DNA of 64,000 bases from Trypanosoma brucei (Eukaryota): assembly GCA_000002445.1 (NCBI GenBank), contig CP000068.1, positions 384,001 to 448,000 of the forward strand, written 5' to 3'. A program made the position numbers and the translations under genes. Positions 44,950 to 55,980 of this stretch are shown here, piece after piece. A model generated the notes under the pieces. That model did not search any database, was not told where the DNA came from, and worked only from the letters and a program-made list of their open reading frames with translations. Numbering within the stretch: position 1 is the first letter of the stretch; every line of letters begins with the position of its first letter.

Positions 44950-46323
44950 GGCTCCGGTGCCTTACCTCTCCCAAAGCGTAGTTTGCCTTCACGGCTCGGT
45001 AGTGGAGTTAGAGAAAGTTGGGGAATAGTGGCAGATAATATAGGAAGGAAATGGTGTGGCGAGACCGGCGGAAACGGGGGAACAAAAGTTTCCAAGTTTC
45101 GCTGTGAGAATGTCAATGAAGCGTACATGTATGTGTATGTGTATGTGTGTAAACATTACAATCAAGTTTTGGTTGTTATGTACGTTTAACCTCGCGGGGT
45201 GTCGTTGAGGTGGGGGATGGAATAGGAACACCAGCAATAATCAAAGGGCACAAAGGTAACGAGGGGAAAGGTTGAATAAGAAGATGCTGTTAGGTTGGGT
45301 TGCATGAATTGGAAGTTTTGCCTTTCCATAATCCCTTTTTCCTTCTTGAGCTTGCATAAGAGTGTGCGGGTATAATGAGTTCCGAGGATTTGAGGAGGAA
45401 GGGGTATGGGAAAGGAGTGTAGTGTAGTGTAGTGTCGTATTACTAATCACGACCATTATTTTTTCTGTTTTTCCTCACATTTCGAACTTTTAGACCCTTT
45501 TACCTTCTCCTCATTACCGTTTTCGCTAATGTTCCCGATTTCCCACACTTTGTTTTATTCCATTGGGTTGTCTGTAGGCTGTCTGAAACATCTCCCCCCT
45601 CACCGCCCCTTCAAAGAGAATGCGTGTATGGAGAAGGAGTGGAAGCAGAAGGGGTTGTGATTATTTTTATCTTCTTGGTTTCTGTTTACATTTTGTGTTA
45701 TTTTCCCATATAACCCCAATGCACCTTTTACCCGAGGCAGCTGACGGGGAATCGTTCCGTCGTCGTCGTTGTAATGCCGGCAGCGGAGGGTGTCATTTGG
45801 CTTCCTGCGTGTCATGCGGGCTGTGATGGTGGAGGGGGAAGAAAAAACGAAACAAGGGATATGGGCTTGGAGGGTGTGTGTGTGTGTGGGGGGGATATCG
45901 TCGAACTTAGCTCCCGTGCCTCGTCTTTGTACCTTTGCACTTTTACCATTTCGGCCCTTTCTCTATTTATTTTTCTGCTTAGGCTCCGCAACCCGTCTAT
46001 TTAACCCTGTTTTCTGTGTGGAAAAAAAAAGAAATACAAGCGCCGGAGCGCGTATTCGTGCACACGTACTTGCATATATGTATATCTATATTTGTGTATA
46101 CGTTGAGGGTGAACTCATCAATGTGTTACAATTTTTTCTTTTCTATTGCCCTCTTTTTTCTTTATTTGTGCGTTTCCACCCTACTAGTCGGTTCAATCCG
46201 AACCCGCACGCCTCTTTTTCCCCTTCTATCATTTATCATTACATCACTGCTTCGCACTTTTATAACCGTCGTTGTTGGTTTGCTTATTTGCTGCTTGTGT
46301 CGCTGATCCGTTACGTGCTTGAG

Positions 46324-48777
46324 ATGCCGAATTCGGCACCGATGAAAACAATACCGCCGAAGTCGCGTGTTCCCCCCGATTGGATTCACCCGGCGCTGCA
46401 TCGCCAGTGGCAGAGACGTGATAAATTGAGGACTCCACACGAATTGCGACTTGAGGAATTAGATGTTCAACGAACGGAGATGGAGGAAGCGAGCCGCCGC
46501 ATTATGAGCATTGTCTCAGAGAAGAAGAGCGCACTTGAGAAGTTGGATCGTCAACGAGAGAAGGCAAAGGCAGATATCGATCTCGATGAGGCGGCGGCAG
46601 GTGAGATAACTGGTGTTCTTGATCGACTAACCAGTCAGATTACTGTCCATAAGACGTTGCCGCGGTGCGATGCACGACTTTTAGACACCAGCGACAGCGA
46701 GAATTTTGCGTCGGGTACTGCGCATTGTGTCCTGAGTGTGGAATGCGGTAGCACATGGGGGGCTGTGGCGTCATGTTTCCCCTGCGACAATGAAATAAAG
46801 CGTTCTTTCTTTTCTCAGTACGCACCTCTCTTCAATGTCACATCTGACGACTCATCGGCAGCACAGAAGGTGGGAGGAGCCGCTTTCTTTGACGAAGGTT
46901 GCCTCCTGTCTGTAGACCAGGTCAGTTGCTTTAACCCGGCATGTCCCTACTGGCACAAAGAACAACTAACGCATTTGAAGCTTACCGCTCGAAAACTTGT
47001 TTCTCGCGCTGCCAATTTTATCCGTGGGAATCGCAACAACTGTGATGTTGCAGCCTTGTTTCACCGTTTTCGTATGTCCATGGAGGCGTCAACCGCTCTG
47101 CACGATGCTGTAAGGATTGAGAGGGATATGATGAACTGCATTGCGACGCTGGGTTGGGCGGCGATATTCTTGCAGAAGGACGAAGTGGCGGAAAACAAAC
47201 AAGGGAGGTATCGACCGCCACCAAGCCGTATCACGTGGGATGCGCCGATTCAGTCAAAACCACACATGCCTCTGATGCAAAAATTGTATTCACTACTGCG
47301 CAACCCTCAAGAATGTAGCGCCTGGGAGTCCTTGATCGGCTCATCACCATCCACTCTCATAGCCGACGCTGTGTCACTTTTCCAGCGTCACGTGGATGTG
47401 CTTTCGTGGCGTTGCCTCATGCGAGTTGCTGGCGATACGCCGGAGCGCCTGTTGTGGCTGGCGTCACGAGGGATTGAAATCTTTCCAACATCTCCGTCCA
47501 TACGCCTTTCGCACCTTTACGCCCTTCTGCACTCTGGCAACACTGCATCAGAGTGTGTGGATGTATGCTTGGAGTCGGTGCGGATTCTCTCTGTGCAAGC
47601 CTCAAAATGCACATTATCCTCGTCCGGTAAGGTAGAGTGGAGTGAAAGTGTGGCGCGGTATATCGCTTACATGATTGCGATGACATGTGTGCGCGTTGCC
47701 CCAATGGACGCCCAGGCGGCAATGCGGTTGCTTACCTACGCAGTGAAGGTTCCTGGTAGGGTGTGCCTCCTTCCGCTAGCCCAGCAGAATTTAACCCTTA
47801 TGTTGATTGCTATTTGCCAGACTGGAAAACTGGAGGGAATGAATGACCTCCCGCTGGCATCCATCTCAGATGTGACATTTGCACTTAGTGAGCACTTCCC
47901 TGGTAGGCCGCAGGATGCATGTGCAGGGCTATTATCACGGCAGTTGAACATGAACGCCGGATGCGCAGCTGCTGGCATAGACGCGGAGCTAATGGATCGC
48001 ATGCAATCTGCTGTTCATCTCTCGCTGATGCGCGCCTTCTCTTCAAATGCCGTACTTGTGGAGAGAATACTGACAAAAGTAAAGATGGGCTCCGTGACTG
48101 CCATGGCGGAGTTATGGTGCGACTACCTTCGCGTTGTACGCCAACACGATGGCACAGAGGCTCTTGTTTCTCTAATTCGCCCGTTACTTGAGGAGTGCGA
48201 GTCCCCACTGCTCATTTTGCACTTTGTGAAAATCCTAGACTTCAACGCAGAAGATACAACGGCTGTAGCGAGATCTGCTGTTCAACGCTTTGCTGAGGAG
48301 AACGGTATCGCAGTGGAAAACATTGCCTCTTTGGCATCCAGTGAAACCGTCACTTTTCCCGTTAGCGATTGGGTTCCCTTTATTTTATTGCATGCTAGAA
48401 GCTTGGCTCCCCAGCAGCGTGTGGAGCTGATCTTTAGTATCCCCCCTGTATTATATTGTGAGGTACCCGAGTTGGTGTTTTTGTTGTGGTTTGAGATCAT
48501 TCCGCCTACCCTGCTACTTAAGGATGACGAACTCTTCCGACGGTGTGCGGAGTATGGATTAGTGTTGCTGCGGGAGCCGTTCCTGAATCACTTTAGCCCA
48601 ATAGATTGCAACTTTGACGAAATGATTGCGATTCCCCACATAGCTAGTCTAGCACTATACCGTGCCGTGCCTGTACTGTTGGGGGCGGCTCATCATCTCA
48701 CTGCACACTATCGAAAGATCGTGTTGGATGTTAGTACTGAGTTGCACGTGATACATCCGTATCTATACGCAACGTAG
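46324..48777 (+). CDS. Large hypothetical protein with a single CCCH-type zinc-finger-like motif (ZC3H-like)
   Basis: Track ORF 45790 starts at GTG and its first 178 codons translate polypyrimidine and low-complexity spacer. First plausible ATG is 46324 (MPNSAPMK...). Motif C-LLSVDQVS-C-FNPA-C-PYW-H (Cx8Cx4Cx3H) near residue 200 fits the CCCH consensus. Confidence 0.55.
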   Translation: MPNSAPMKTIPPKSRVPPDWIHPALHRQWQRRDKLRTPHELRLEELDVQRTEMEEASRRIMSIVSEKKSALEKLDRQREKAKADIDLDEAAAGEITGVLDRLTSQITVHKTLPRCDARLLDTSDSENFASGTAHCVLSVECGSTWGAVASCFPCDNEIKRSFFSQYAPLFNVTSDDSSAAQKVGGAAFFDEGCLLSVDQVSCFNPACPYWHKEQLTHLKLTARKLVSRAANFIRGNRNNCDVAALFHRFRMSMEASTALHDAVRIERDMMNCIATLGWAAIFLQKDEVAENKQGRYRPPPSRITWDAPIQSKPHMPLMQKLYSLLRNPQECSAWESLIGSSPSTLIADAVSLFQRHVDVLSWRCLMRVAGDTPERLLWLASRGIEIFPTSPSIRLSHLYALLHSGNTASECVDVCLESVRILSVQASKCTLSSSGKVEWSESVARYIAYMIAMTCVRVAPMDAQAAMRLLTYAVKVPGRVCLLPLAQQNLTLMLIAICQTGKLEGMNDLPLASISDVTFALSEHFPGRPQDACAGLLSRQLNMNAGCAAAGIDAELMDRMQSAVHLSLMRAFSSNAVLVERILTKVKMGSVTAMAELWCDYLRVVRQHDGTEALVSLIRPLLEECESPLLILHFVKILDFNAEDTTAVARSAVQRFAEENGIAVENIASLASSETVTFPVSDWVPFILLHARSLAPQQRVELIFSIPPVLYCEVPELVFLLWFEIIPPTLLLKDDELFRRCAEYGLVLLREPFLNHFSPIDCNFDEMIAIPHIASLALYRAVPVLLGAAHHLTAHYRKIVLDVSTELHVIHPYLYAT

Positions 48778-48795
48778 TGTGGAAAAGAAAAGATA

Positions 48796-48821
48796 TATAT
48801 ATATATATATATATGTATTTG
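48796..48821. repeat. Microsatellite (TA)n
   Basis: Read directly after the stop of the CCCH protein gene. Confidence 0.9.
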
Positions 48822-49301
48822 TATGAAGGAAGGTGAGAATGCGCATGAGAAGGTTTCGTTATCACGAGGTGACTCACTTAACTTCGACAGATATGACTGC
48901 ACTTGCGGCAAGGGTCGAAACCCAGCACACTCTAAACACATAATCACGCTGACGACCCTTAACATGTTTTTAATGTTTGTTTGTGTTGTCCCGCGGGCTG
49001 GATGCTAATAATGCGAGCCGGGGTGGGTGGATGGGGTGAGTCTTATTCGTTCTGTTTACCACTAGTCCACTGATTTTGGGCGCTTTCCTTCCTTGTTTGT
49101 GTTTGTTTATTTTATTTTTTCACTATTCATTTTAGTTCTTTTTTTGTTTTGTTTCATAGCGGCTTTCAAAGCAGCGCACCCTTCCCTTTAGGTGAGTTGT
49201 GTTTACCTTCTCAATCTGTTACGAAGGGGTTTGCTTTAGGTATTTGGTTACCTTTACTTCGCTGAAAAAGGAGTAAGTGGGGATTGTCTGCTGCAGGTGC
49301 T

Positions 49302-52259
49302 ATGCCTCTTCAACCATCGTACTTAATGCGGCCTCCCAAGGCATGTTCCGTGTATCCGACGTGTGTTTTTATATTTTGGGAGGCCCCGCGTGCCGTCACT
49401 CAAGTGGACGAGGTGGAAAATATCACCGGGCAGCTGAGGCCCTCACTAGTGCAGTGGTCATATGTTGTTGAGTGGACGACAAATAATAGCCCCAAAACAG
49501 AAGTAGCAGAGATGTTCACGGCGTCATCCCATGCAGTGCTTGAGCTGCTGTATCCTCAGGAAACCCTGCAAGTGCGCATTGTTGCCCGTGGAAGTTGTGA
49601 TGGGAGCGAAATTACACGTGTCTCAACGAGCTGCACAGTGGAACCCGGATTAGCAGTCGCATTGCCTTGGCTTCACCCTCGATCCATGCGCTGCTTATGC
49701 ATATTTGATGCGCTTTTCTTTTCATATAGTGGCATTCATTGCGTTGACGCTATTCCCTCTTCGTGGAAGCACGTCCGCGCCAAGATGGAATCTGTTCGTT
49801 TATTGGAGTCTAGATTTTCGTGTGCGATCGTCAAGGCTGTTTACGAGGAGCCACCGTATCCAATTACCTCCACCACAGTATATTATTTTGTAATGTGCCC
49901 TAAGGCATTGGTGAATCCGCGAGACAAGCTCCGTCACTGTGATATCAAATATCTGTTAGAGAGGGATCAAGAGCAGAAGCCATGTGCTGTCTTTTGTGGT
50001 ATTGGTGAGACGGGTTCCTCTGCTGCTTTAGCGGCCCATCTGTTCATAAGTGCCATACCCCCGTCGTCAAATGAGTTATGCTCCCGTGTATTCTGCATTG
50101 CATATGGCTCACCGAGGCGGTTGCTTGTCGAGGATTACCTCGTTCTTGCGTCCAGTCCCCCGTTTGCAGGAAATTTCCTTCACTATACGGCGTTACTGGC
50201 ACCCAAAGACCCTTTGTTTGAGTTCACCGGTGATGTTCTTAACAGTGACGCTCCCGTGGGTGTTAGTGGAGCAGCAGCCGGAGGTGGCAGTCCGAAGGAA
50301 GTTCATGCGGTGCAACATTTTAACATGCCACTTGGTGTGCGGTGCGGTCCAGTTTTTGACGGAACGTCTGGCAATGTCCATCTTGAGGCGAGGTGTTCAG
50401 GCGTGGAAACGTTAGGTAGGGAGGAGTGCAATGAGCTCCTTGATGTTTCGACCCACCTCAGTATGTTAAACCAACTCATACTTCAGTGTTACCATAGTGG
50501 CGACACTGGTGATATACTTGTACCGATGATAAATAATGTGCAGCACGCAATGGAAGATGGTGTCACTGTATTTTTGACTATCGAGGGTGAGAGCTTGCAT
50601 TTCGGGCCAAGGGTAATATGTACCTCGTCACGGAACCAAGCAATGGCGGCAGTATCTGTCACTGCAGTGACTCCAACACGGCTCACTGCCACATTTTCAC
50701 TCATGGATATGCTCACCACCAAGTTTTTTGCACGCCATCGCCGTCCACCACAATCCTTACTTGTGGAAATCTCACTCTTCACCGACCACGGCTACGTTTC
50801 GTTCAACGAATATCGAATTGTCATAGCTGAGGACATTTCGCTACTTCTTTTCCATAGTAGTCACAGCGATGGGCCCCATCAATGGATTTTCGGCCCACCT
50901 GGTGATCTTGTCGACGGTGCTATTTCTGTTGAACCGCTTCTGACATCATTGGTTGCAGGAGGACCGAACACGTCAACTTTTGTGCCTTTCCAATCAACGT
51001 CTCTATTGTCTGACATCGCTGCGGTTTCGGAGTTGGTGGGGAAACATGCCGTTAAGAAACCGGAGACGGGCCTCTATAACTTTATCTTCCGCGGTGCCGC
51101 ACAATCAACGAAGCCGATTTCCATCGGTTCCATCCCCATGCATGAGGCAGTGCTGCTGAAAGATGCACTGAAGCGCCATGCGGCAAGTGAGACAAGAGAC
51201 CCAAACGCACTGCGCTCTGAGCTTGACCCGTGGAAACGGCGTCTGTTAGCTCGGCTCCCGTCCCTGGATAGTGGGAATTATAGAGAGAAGCTGCTGTCGC
51301 TTCTGCTCATGCTTGGGGGGCCGAAACCTGCCGCTGATACAACCGCAGTTGCGTTGGAAACCTTGCTTCTTTCAAAGGTGCTGCACAATTTACGACGTTC
51401 CCAAAATGCGATTCACCTGAACTACACGAACAGCCTTAGTACCTGCATGGGCTTCGATGTGTTTTACGAGCGCATGCTTCCTCTCGCCCTGGCTTGGGTT
51501 AAACACTCTGAAGAGGCAGAACTGGAAGCCCTTCACAATATCGCGACACTCTGGATTGCGTGCCTTCTGTACCACCTGCGAGGTGCTTATTTGTTTACCC
51601 ACGCGGTGGTTGTCGCTGGTTGTGCCGGGAGCGGCTGTAACACGTTGTGTCACGCTATCGTTCGTGAGAGAGCAGCACGGCAACACCACTTTGTGGGGAC
51701 ACAGCGGGAACGAGTTATCGTCGTCCGCCGGGCGAAGCTGGGGTCGTTGGCTGACGTGAAGGAGGCCCTTGCTCGGGGATTGGGGATCACAGCAATTGTG
51801 TGTGGTGAGTTGTCGGACGTGGCGGGGAAGGAGTTTTTTGATCTGTGGTGTTCTCTGCGCCGCATGCTGTGTCGTCGTATGGCCCAGCGGCTATTTGCCT
51901 TTCTATCTAAAGTGGATGAGCTGTTGGGACGAAATCAGTTGATTAAACCCCTCGAGGAAGCCTGCATCGGTGCTGAGGGGGGTGCCGTTGCTTTCCAAAG
52001 CCTTCAAAGGCAGGCAGCTTTGGCTGCGCGTACTGAGTGGGATGTTGGATCGGAAAAGAGGGGCGAAGACGCGTCACTGGCCGGTTTCGTGGCCGTTTCA
52101 TTTGCTCCTTCCGTTCTGCTCCTTCGGAACTCCCCTTTCGTGCATTCCAGTGGCATGTCCGCGGAAGAGTTTGCTCAGAAGCTCATGTCGATTTCCTCGT
52201 ACCAGCTCCGGAGGGTTCTTGCGGGGATTGTCGAGGGGGAGTTTGTTAACGCCCGATGA
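49302..52259 (+). CDS. Large hypothetical protein (about 985 aa)
   Basis: The track start 49284 is TTG; ATG 49302 verified. Long coding-like ORF. Contains a P-loop-like element VVVAGCAGSGCNTL (GxxGSG with Lys to Cys); otherwise no motif recognised. Confidence 0.5.
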   Translation: MPLQPSYLMRPPKACSVYPTCVFIFWEAPRAVTQVDEVENITGQLRPSLVQWSYVVEWTTNNSPKTEVAEMFTASSHAVLELLYPQETLQVRIVARGSCDGSEITRVSTSCTVEPGLAVALPWLHPRSMRCLCIFDALFFSYSGIHCVDAIPSSWKHVRAKMESVRLLESRFSCAIVKAVYEEPPYPITSTTVYYFVMCPKALVNPRDKLRHCDIKYLLERDQEQKPCAVFCGIGETGSSAALAAHLFISAIPPSSNELCSRVFCIAYGSPRRLLVEDYLVLASSPPFAGNFLHYTALLAPKDPLFEFTGDVLNSDAPVGVSGAAAGGGSPKEVHAVQHFNMPLGVRCGPVFDGTSGNVHLEARCSGVETLGREECNELLDVSTHLSMLNQLILQCYHSGDTGDILVPMINNVQHAMEDGVTVFLTIEGESLHFGPRVICTSSRNQAMAAVSVTAVTPTRLTATFSLMDMLTTKFFARHRRPPQSLLVEISLFTDHGYVSFNEYRIVIAEDISLLLFHSSHSDGPHQWIFGPPGDLVDGAISVEPLLTSLVAGGPNTSTFVPFQSTSLLSDIAAVSELVGKHAVKKPETGLYNFIFRGAAQSTKPISIGSIPMHEAVLLKDALKRHAASETRDPNALRSELDPWKRRLLARLPSLDSGNYREKLLSLLLMLGGPKPAADTTAVALETLLLSKVLHNLRRSQNAIHLNYTNSLSTCMGFDVFYERMLPLALAWVKHSEEAELEALHNIATLWIACLLYHLRGAYLFTHAVVVAGCAGSGCNTLCHAIVRERAARQHHFVGTQRERVIVVRRAKLGSLADVKEALARGLGITAIVCGELSDVAGKEFFDLWCSLRRMLCRRMAQRLFAFLSKVDELLGRNQLIKPLEEACIGAEGGAVAFQSLQRQAALAARTEWDVGSEKRGEDASLAGFVAVSFAPSVLLLRNSPFVHSSGMSAEEFAQKLMSISSYQLRRVLAGIVEGEFVNAR

Positions 52260-52598
52260 CGTTTTTACATCTTCCTATGACTATCGTTCTTATTCCCTAG
52301 CTATTCACCTGTTATCTGGACATATATATATATATATATATGTGCATACGCGCGTGTGTTTGCATGCTTCAAGGTGTTCTCAGTTGATCCCTGTTGCCAC
52401 CCTACGTTAGGTGGTGGTGACACTGTGACCGTCATTTGGTTTCTACTTATCCTCGTCGACTCTCTCCCTCCTCTTTTTCATCACGCTTTTATTTTTCTTG
52501 CCCCTAATTTCTTTAACATTACTTGCGCTGCTTGCAATCACCCCTTGTCGCCATTGCCTTTTTTTTTTCGTTTCTTCCTCGAGGAAGGTGGTGAACAA

Positions 52599-55061
52599 AT
52601 GGGAACAACATCCACAGATACCCTGGAACTGGAGGTGCTGCGCAACCCATCAAATGTGAGGGGTTGGCTACAGTTCATTCGAAGTATTCTGTGTTCGGAC
52701 TACCCCAATCAGGTGTCTAAGGCAAATGCAGTTAACGTGGCCTATGAACGTGCCCTCCGCGCCAACGGTTACTCGTACAAGCTCTGGATGGGTTATATTT
52801 CATACCGGCGCGAGAACACACGAGAGCTCACTTCCCCTAATGAGTGGTTCAGGTCTCTGCGGGACATCTATGATCGAGCGGTGGAAAAACTTCCCATGAT
52901 GCCACTGTTGTGGACTTCTTTCATTGAGTTCGCTATGGATGGGTCGGTTGCACCTCGGATTACACTCACTCGGCACGTGATAACTAGGGCATTGGAGGCA
53001 CTTCCCTTCACTCAGCATCACCGTATATGGCGGCTTGCTAAGCTTTGGGTTAGCCGACCACACGTACCCATGCCAACGGCAACGTATATATGGCGGCTGT
53101 ACTTGCTGTACGATCCGTCAACTGAAAATCAACGAAACTACTTTCACATGCTCTGGGAGAAGGGGAATGCATCGGACTTTCTCGTTGAGTGTGCGGCATT
53201 TTTGTTGCGGGATAGCACATCGCATGGGGGTCTGCTTCGTGATATCGCTTTCTGGGAAACAGTACGCACAGCTTTAGAAACCAAGGGACTTTGCTTCGGC
53301 GGTGATATTTCACAGGTGGAGAAAATTGTCCAGATGGCGGCGGATTACTGCGCGTCGCCGGCAGAGTTTCGCCTTTCCTATGCTGTTTTCTTGGCCAACC
53401 AGGGAGAGCTGAGTATGGCACGTGAGACACTGTGGGCAATTTTAAATGATGTTGACAATCCTGCTGTTTTTTGCAGGGCTTTCACCGCAGCTCTTGCGTT
53501 TGAGAGCCAAATCATTGACTCCCTGGCGATGGACTCCTCCATCCATGCTCTTGACGAGGTAAAGTATCAGCAACTGCGGGAGAAGCTCTGTGGAGATGTA
53601 CCGGACCCCTTGTACCATCTAACCCGCCTTACTCAGCAGCACCCAATGCTGTTGAATCAGCTTCAGCTGCGGGCAGATCGCCACTGCACGGCACTCTGGC
53701 TGAAGCGCATCGAAATTTTGAAGGAAATGGAGTGTAATGGAGTCGCCACGTCAAGTGATGTCATTGCGTTGTATCGGCAGGCCATCACGCAGTGCACCTC
53801 CGGAATGCCGAATGTTGAGGCGGCTACAGCCCAACTGTTCGAGTCGTATGCGTGCTATTTGTGGGAAAACAATCTTAGGACGGACGCAGTGACAGTAGCG
53901 GATGAGGGTGCGTGGTTTGTTAAATTTTCTTCCACTACTAGTAATGTGCTTTTGATGGGGTTGGTCGTGGAGTTTAGTCAGCTTACAGATCCCGCGCGGA
54001 CACTGGATAAGCTTGTCTCAAGACTTGTCAAGGCAACGAATGTGTCCAACTCTATTAGATCCAAAGGACTTGCCAGACAAGTGGTGGTGAAGAACTTAGC
54101 AAGGGATCCCCGTGCATGGGTGCTTGCCGTTGATGTAGCCTTTCATCGATTGTTGTTGAAGAACACCGGGGAGAGTGGTGGAAGGAGCAACGAAGAACTA
54201 AAAAATTTAATAAGCCTTTTCTGCAACTCTTCGGGGTACACGGCGGAGGGTGCCTGTTATGTGGCATGCCGCCTGTGGCAAAGTGGCGATGTGAGTGCAG
54301 CTTTCCAAGAGTTTGAGCGCGCGCTGGTGGCATTTGCGGCTGCTCCGTTGGCCGTTCTTCACATTCTTCAGCAGTACTTAAGTTGTTTATGTGTTTCCTT
54401 CGGGACACGGTTGCCTCTCCACCGATTTCGGGAGTTCTCCAAATTGGGTCTGGACGTTGCACAGTTCACCATGCGATCATCCCCCGTGTCTACGATGGAG
54501 TTCCTTCTTAACTGCGTCACTTTAGAATCTCGGCTAGGTTTTTCTGGAAGTGCCGTTCAAATTGCGCGGGAATGTCTTCACTTAGCGTTGAAACATCAAG
54601 CGGAGTATGACAGTCTTTTGTTCGGCGTTTTGGATGCCGTCCTCGAGGTGACGTTTAGATTGCATGGAAGCCAAGCACTGCGTCACTATTGTGCGGAGTT
54701 GCTGGAAAGACAGAAACTAACACCACAATTGATTCAGCGACTGGCTTTATGGTGGGCTGCGGTGGAAAGGCGGACTGGTAATGCGGATAGGGCCCACACC
54801 GTGATGGAGGCCTGTTGTAAGTCACAAGACCCGAGCAGTAGTCATGGTGCTGTTTTCTGGAGTATGTGGGAGTCGATATGTAACACCGTAAAGCAGTTTG
54901 AGGGGGTGCACAGGCGGAAGCAGCAGGCGGCACTCAAGTACAGTAGTGGGAATAATTCGGCTGACGCTGCCGTGGATGGCGTTGATGGAAATAAAAACAA
55001 TAATGTCGGTGCCAGTGGCAACGAAGCTATTGAGGTTGTACCGGTGCCAGCACTTACGTGA
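52599..55061 (+). CDS. SYF1: Pre-mRNA splicing factor SYF1/XAB2 (HAT-repeat protein)
   Basis: Track ORF starts at GTG 52356 in spacer; ATG 52599 (MGTTSTD...). N-terminus aligns by eye with human XAB2. LELEVLRNPSNVRGWLQFI matches EEEILRNPFSVKCWLRYIEF; YERALRANGYSYKLWMGYISYRR matches YERALKLLPCSYKLWYRYLKAR; ITRALEALPFTQHHRIWRL matches FDRALRALPITQHSRIWPL. Further HAT repeats follow. Confidence 0.8.
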   Translation: MGTTSTDTLELEVLRNPSNVRGWLQFIRSILCSDYPNQVSKANAVNVAYERALRANGYSYKLWMGYISYRRENTRELTSPNEWFRSLRDIYDRAVEKLPMMPLLWTSFIEFAMDGSVAPRITLTRHVITRALEALPFTQHHRIWRLAKLWVSRPHVPMPTATYIWRLYLLYDPSTENQRNYFHMLWEKGNASDFLVECAAFLLRDSTSHGGLLRDIAFWETVRTALETKGLCFGGDISQVEKIVQMAADYCASPAEFRLSYAVFLANQGELSMARETLWAILNDVDNPAVFCRAFTAALAFESQIIDSLAMDSSIHALDEVKYQQLREKLCGDVPDPLYHLTRLTQQHPMLLNQLQLRADRHCTALWLKRIEILKEMECNGVATSSDVIALYRQAITQCTSGMPNVEAATAQLFESYACYLWENNLRTDAVTVADEGAWFVKFSSTTSNVLLMGLVVEFSQLTDPARTLDKLVSRLVKATNVSNSIRSKGLARQVVVKNLARDPRAWVLAVDVAFHRLLLKNTGESGGRSNEELKNLISLFCNSSGYTAEGACYVACRLWQSGDVSAAFQEFERALVAFAAAPLAVLHILQQYLSCLCVSFGTRLPLHRFREFSKLGLDVAQFTMRSSPVSTMEFLLNCVTLESRLGFSGSAVQIARECLHLALKHQAEYDSLLFGVLDAVLEVTFRLHGSQALRHYCAELLERQKLTPQLIQRLALWWAAVERRTGNADRAHTVMEACCKSQDPSSSHGAVFWSMWESICNTVKQFEGVHRRKQQAALKYSSGNNSADAAVDGVDGNKNNNVGASGNEAIEVVPVPALT

Positions 55062-55980
55062 TTACGTCCCGGCGTGTTAACAGGTTCTGTTTTGGCGTTG
55101 TTTTTTTTTCGTTGCTGTGGATCCCTCCTCCCTCCAGCATATCGTACGTATGCACGTCAGTTTCTATGGTGAGAAGTGCTTATGGCACTTTCCCTTTCGC
55201 TGTCGATCAACAAGTTGCCTTCATTCCGGTGGAGGAAAGTGAATGTTACTGTCTTTGTGTGCTTCTCACGAGGTCATTATGACGCTCCCCTTATCTTCCG
55301 CACTTCTCTTTTCTTTTCGCCTCATTTTTTTCACAGTGAGTTTCTTATTGATATGGGGAAGGGAAGCGGTGATGTATAGTTGGACGCGCGTAGAAGAGAG
55401 AAAAGGGGTAAACCTCCCTCACGTTGACGTACAACATCTGCTACGAATGCTTTCCATTTCCCGATACCGCTTTACGTATATGGCAAATAGTCCAAGGAAA
55501 CGTTAGTCGGCAGTTGGAAGCAAATGGGAAATGTACGATGTTGTTTCTCAGCAGCGCTTGCATGTCGTAGAAGCGGATGTGGGATTGCCGTTTCGTTGGA
55601 CGCTTTTTTTTTTCTTTTGGTCTTCTCCGCTATTTTGTTTATTTAGGGATTTGGGTTTGAGGGCATGATGCCATTGCACTCTACCGCCGCACTTAAAAGG
55701 AGGAGGGGGGGGGGAGGCTGTCAAGCAAGAAAATGTGTACCAGTGTAGGGATTTGTGGTGGGTTCACGAAAAATTTATTCTTTCCGAGAGGGAATTATTC
55801 CAAGCCTGAAAGGGATGATATTGATATGTTTGGTACTGCTGTACTATTTCTTAACATTGCGGGTTACTTTATCTCGCTTCTTTTATTTCGACAGAGCGCA
55901 TGTTTGCTTGTCATTTCAACACCGCTACACTTCATCATCACCATTACTACCAATGGTGCTGCTAATAGGCTGCCGTCGTC

